Assembly (NCBI GenBank): GCA_963743305.1 | Contig: CAVUPH010000009.1 | Location: forward strand, 1-64,000 | DNA length: 64,000 nt | From: an uncultured delta proteobacterium | Lineage (GTDB): Bacteria > Desulfobacterota > RBG-13-43-22 | Reading direction: 5' to 3' | Shown here: one piece after another, positions 62,185 through 64,000 of the stretch | How positions within the stretch are numbered: the first letter of the stretch is position 1 | Layout: each line of letters begins with the position of its first letter | Translations under genes and position numbers: made by a program | The notes under the pieces: generated by a model | Seen by the model: the letters and a program-made list of their open reading frames with translations, nothing else | Database searches by the model: none | Told to the model about the DNA's origin: nothing

Positions 62185-62415
62185 ACTCATCGAAAAGTAA
62201 TGCCTTCGAGGCAAAAACGCACACTTTGCGGATTGTTGCGGGAAACCGAAAAGGGAAAGACTTTCATCATTTACCCCGGCGGGGAAAGGAAGTGGCCCGG
62301 CTTATCCCTCCAAAGTCATCGGGAGGGGGCAAAGGGTTTCAATCCATTGCCATAGAATTCCAAAAAATGCCGTCAAAAAGGTGGTGCGGGAACGGTCAAT
62401 ATTGTCGGAGCTGAT
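62185..62415 (+). pseudogene. Phd/YefM antitoxin (frameshifted)
   Basis: AFEAKTH, RRGKEVARLIP. Confidence 0.65.
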
Positions 62416-62436
62416 TGAAGAAGGGAGACGCTATTA

Positions 62437-62846
62437 ATGGAGGGGCATTGGATTCGTCCTTCGCCCTTTCCTGGTCCTCCCGGAAGAGCGTTCCGGTCGG
62501 GCCGATGCTCCGGCAGAAGGTCATCCGAAGACACTTTTTGGGTGCCGGCCCTCTGGTGGTATAGAAATTTCGAACGCCTTGTTGATGGCCCAAAAACGGA
62601 ACCGGATCACCGAAGCCGATCGGATTCAGATGGTAGCCTTATACGGCTTCCTCCCCATTCAAACCAATACCCCTTCCATCTCGAAGCGATCAACCGATTC
62701 CAGAACTGGCCCTGGCCTATTCGCTGACCGCCTATGACGCCGCTTATCTGGAACTGGCACTCCGCAAAGGATTGGCCATCGCCACCATTGATCGACGGCT
62801 CAGCCAGGCCGCCCAAAAGGCCGGACTGAGAACAATCCCCAATTGA
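62437..62846 (+). pseudogene. VapC/PIN toxin (frameshifted)
   Basis: VPALWW.E, LTAYDAAYLELALRKG. Confidence 0.7.
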
Positions 62847-62932
62847 TTGGGAAATCTCCGACCCCTTCCCGTCTAATTTTTATTGAACTCCAAATAGCCT
62901 TGGCTGTTTGGAATAACCTATAAATCACCCAC

Positions 62933-63420
62933 ATGCGTTATCTCGCACCTTATGTGCTGAAAGACCTTCGAAAATGGTGATTGTCGCGGTCCCCGCCAGG
63001 TGGCAAGACCAGGTGGCAAGGACCTTTTGACCGCGTTTCCCGGACGATGCCTGCGACTCGAATTGGTGACGACCGTCAGGATATCTTAAATAGGCGATAG
63101 GACGGCCGAACACCCTGTTGGTCTTTGACGAACTGCACATTCCCCCGCTGGAAGAACTGGATCAAAGGCCTTTATGACGTGTCCAGGGCCAAACACTCCT
63201 TCCTGGTCACCGGGTTCCGCTCGCCTCGACCTTTACCGCCGGGGTGGGGATTCCCTATTAGGGCGTTATCATTATTCGCGCTCCACCCTCAGCCTCGATG
63301 AAATTCCAGAAGGGTCTGACCACCCGGGAAGCGTTCCAGAGCGGTTGATGACCGTAGGCGGTTTCTCGGAACCTTTTCTGGATAACGATGAACGTGCAAC
63401 AGAAAGGCTGCCGGCGGCGC
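62933..63420 (+). pseudogene. AAA_14/DUF4143-type ATPase, N-terminal part (frameshifted, truncated)
   Basis: GPRQV.K, LVFDELH, WKNWIKGLYD, VTGSARLDLYRRGGDSLLGRY. Confidence 0.75.
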
Positions 63421-63427
63421 GAGCCTC

Positions 63428-64000
63428 TCACCGGCCGCGCTTTCTAAGATCATCTACTGCCCGGACCCAGCCGCTTCCAAAAAACCCGGAAGACCCGGTA
63501 AGGATCAGGGCTGTCCCCAGGATGGTCGATATAGTAATGCGCTCTCCCAGCACCAGCCAGCCTAAGAGGACGGCGATGGCGACATAGGCGTAGGTCATGA
63601 CCACGGAGAGAGGAAGGCTGCGCACGGCGGTGACGTAGGCGGTGAAGCCGATCGGCGATTGAAAATCACCAGGTAGATCCAACCCATCCAGGCCATCGGT
63701 CTCCGGGTGCGGCCAGGGTTCGCCGGAAAGCAGCATCAGGGCGATCAAGTCCCAGGCTCCCGAAAAATTGCTGATAGGCGGAGGTTAAAATAGGCGCGGC
63801 CTTGGGCGGCCGGCGCTGCAGAAGAGAGCCTCCCGACCAGGCCATGGAGGCCAGCAGGAGGGCCGCGGTGGAGGAGGCATCGGCCCAAAGGCCCTGCTTC
63901 AGGACCGGCGTCACCAGGACGGCCGGACCAGAAAACCGATCAATAGCGAAAGCACTAATAGAAAAGACGGCGCCTTCCGCTCAATGATGGATTCTACCAT
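63428..64000 (-). CDS. EamA/DMT transporter, C-terminal part (frameshifted, runs off window)
   Basis: ASMAWSGGS, IGFTAY, TYAYV, LGWLVLGE. Confidence 0.75.

Noticed and set aside
59407-64000. Mass pseudogenisation or programmed frameshifting
   Set aside because: Indel density rises toward the window end and hits ordinary enzymes without slippery-site consistency, which fits low-coverage long-read error

Overview
GC-rich bacterial sequence whose gene content fits an anaerobic Desulfobacterota/deltaproteobacterium (inference). Many single-base frameshifts, densest at both ends, point to an error-prone long-read assembly, so most 'broken' genes may be intact. The left ~12 kb is an accessory region: the right end of an ExeA/MuB-type ATPase transposon inserted into a RAYT gene, several RAYT remnants interleaved with cargo genes, a decayed toxin-antitoxin pair and two MITE families. 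The rest holds a Spy/CpxP + OmpR-family two-component locus, an NCS2 permease fused to an RsbW-like domain, a multi-PAS hybrid kinase, a Liv-type ABC transporter, a four-subunit benzoyl-CoA reductase/2-hydroxyacyl-CoA dehydratase-like cluster, DUF2207, an IorAB-like molybdoenzyme, a QueG-like gene, tatA, a HAS/NodC-like GT2, an MCP, tex and beta-oxidation genes. The standout is a lemA - DUF350-like - large gene cluster (23314-26831). The large protein has a signal peptide, three tandem and apparently intact Hint (intein-like) domains each ending His-Asn|Lys and joined by KG/KGGG linkers, then a transmembrane helix and two Tim44-like domains.
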